64,000 nucleotides of DNA from assembly GCF_053078305.1 (NCBI RefSeq), contig NZ_CP166879.1. One strand, given 5' to 3'. Within the stretch, counting starts at the first letter, position 1; each line of letters starts with the position of its first letter. Position numbers and translations under genes: made by a program. Below, piece by piece: positions 62,716 through 64,000 of the stretch. Under the pieces are notes generated by a model. It was not told the origin of the DNA. It saw only the letters and a program-made list of their open reading frames with translations, and made no database searches.

Positions 62716-64000
62716 ATGTCACTCAGTCGGCGTCAGTTCATTCAGGCATCGGGGATTGCACTTTGTGCAGGCGCTGTTCCCCTGAAGGCCAGCGCAGCCG
62801 GGCAACAGCAACCGCTACCCGTTCCGCCGCTGCTTGAATCTCGCCGTGGGCAACCGCTGTTTATGACTGTACAACGTGCGCACTGGTCATTTACGCCAGG
62901 GACACGCGCGTCGGTCTGGGGAATCAATGGTCGTTACCTGGGGCCGACTATCCGCGTCTGGAAGGGCGACGATGTTAAGCTTATTTACAGCAACCGCCTG
63001 ACAGAAAATGTCTCAATGACGGTGGCCGGGCTACAGGTACCAGGCCCGCTGATGGGCGGTCCGGCACGGATGATGTCGCCAAACGCTGACTGGGCACCCG
63101 TACTGCCCATTCGCCAGAACGCAGCTACTCTGTGGTATCACGCCAATACTCCCAACCGCACGGCTCAGCAGGTCTATAACGGCCTTGCCGGAATGTGGCT
63201 GGTGGAAGATGAAGTCAGCAAGTCGCTGCCTATCCCCAACCATTATGGTGTGGATGATTTTCCGGTCATTATCCAGGATAAACGGCTGGATAACTTTGGT
63301 ACGCCAGAATACAACGAACCGGGAAGCGGCGGCTTTGTTGGTGATACGCTGCTGGTTAACGGTGTGCAAAGCCCGTACGTTGAAGTCTCGCGTGGCTGGG
63401 TGCGCTTGCGACTGCTGAACGCGTCGAACTCTCGTCGCTATCAACTACAGATGAGCGATGGTCGCCCGTTACATGTGATTTCTGGCGATCAGGGATTCCT
63501 GCCTGCTCCTGTATCGGTGAAGCAACTTTCGCTGGCACCGGGCGAGCGCCGCGAGATTCTGGTGGATATGAGCAACGGTGATGAAGTGTCGATCACCTGT
63601 GGTGAAGCGGCGAGCATTGTTGATCGTATTCGCGGCTTCTTTGAGCCATCCAGTATTCTGGTTTCTACCCTGGTGCTAACGCTGCGCCCAACCGGCCTTC
63701 TGCCGCTGGTCACAGACAGTCTTCCGATGCGCCTGCTGCCAACTGAAATCATGGCCGGTTCGCCGATTCGCAGTCGCGATATCAGTCTGGGTGATGACCC
63801 GGGTATTAATGGACAGCTGTGGGACGTCAACCGTATTGATGTCACCGCGCAGCAAGGAACGTGGGAACGCTGGACGGTACGCGCGGACGAGCCGCAAGCG
63901 TTCCATATTGAAGGCGTGATGTTCCAGATCCGTAACGTGAATGGTGCGATGCCGTTCCCGGAAGACAGAGGCTGGAAAGATACCGTTTGGGTTGACGGAC
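62716..64000 (+). CDS. ftsP: Cell-division multicopper-oxidase-like protein FtsP (SufI), 3'-truncated by the window end
   Basis: Open frame from the ATG at 62716. Tat signal MSLSRRQFIQASGIALCAGAVPLKASA. Missing from the ORF track because no stop lies in the window. Confidence 0.9.
   Translation, partial: MSLSRRQFIQASGIALCAGAVPLKASAAGQQQPLPVPPLLESRRGQPLFMTVQRAHWSFTPGTRASVWGINGRYLGPTIRVWKGDDVKLIYSNRLTENVSMTVAGLQVPGPLMGGPARMMSPNADWAPVLPIRQNAATLWYHANTPNRTAQQVYNGLAGMWLVEDEVSKSLPIPNHYGVDDFPVIIQDKRLDNFGTPEYNEPGSGGFVGDTLLVNGVQSPYVEVSRGWVRLRLLNASNSRRYQLQMSDGRPLHVISGDQGFLPAPVSVKQLSLAPGERREILVDMSNGDEVSITCGEAASIVDRIRGFFEPSSILVSTLVLTLRPTGLLPLVTDSLPMRLLPTEIMAGSPIRSRDISLGDDPGINGQLWDVNRIDVTAQQGTWERWTVRADEPQAFHIEGVMFQIRNVNGAMPFPEDRGWKDTVWVDG

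Overview
The window is Escherichia coli chromosome. It is collinear with the K-12 yqjI-yqjH ... rpoD-dnaG-rpsU ... tolC ... parE ... parC-plsC-ftsP segment, in inverted order relative to the K-12 map. Gene names come from my recognition of the translated ORFs, not from any search. Most of the window is conserved core and looks ordinary.

Two accessory insertions stand out.

(1) An approximately 8.7 kb integrase-bearing, satellite-like island lies next to tRNA-Ile2 (ileX), at about 1730-10450. All its genes are on the minus strand, in this order:
- a P4-type integrase;
- an AT-rich 298-aa orphan;
- an AlpA-like HTH protein;
- three tandem antisense-RNA/icd-like cassettes;
- two small ORFs;
- a RepA-like (AAA_25) helicase abutting an iteron array;
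- an SSB;
- a PerC-like and a Mor-like activator;
- a helically phased repeat array;
- two tandem tRNA-like genes.

(2) A 7.2 kb fit-like TonB-receptor/ABC iron-uptake cluster with an RpiR-type regulator lies between parE and ygiN.

The most interesting signal is in the three cassettes at 6193-7665. Each has the phage P1/P7 c4-icd layout, with two antisense heptamers and two pairs of complementary targets. One target in each cassette overlaps the icd Shine-Dalgarno. Each cassette uses a different heptamer pair, and every copy within a cassette is changed to match, so the specificities look orthogonal. The six-frame track hides this by reporting the cassettes as three 154-181 aa ORFs.

Relative to my memory of K-12, mqsRA, ygiZ and ygiL-yqiGHI are absent. 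No CRISPR array and no rRNA were seen.
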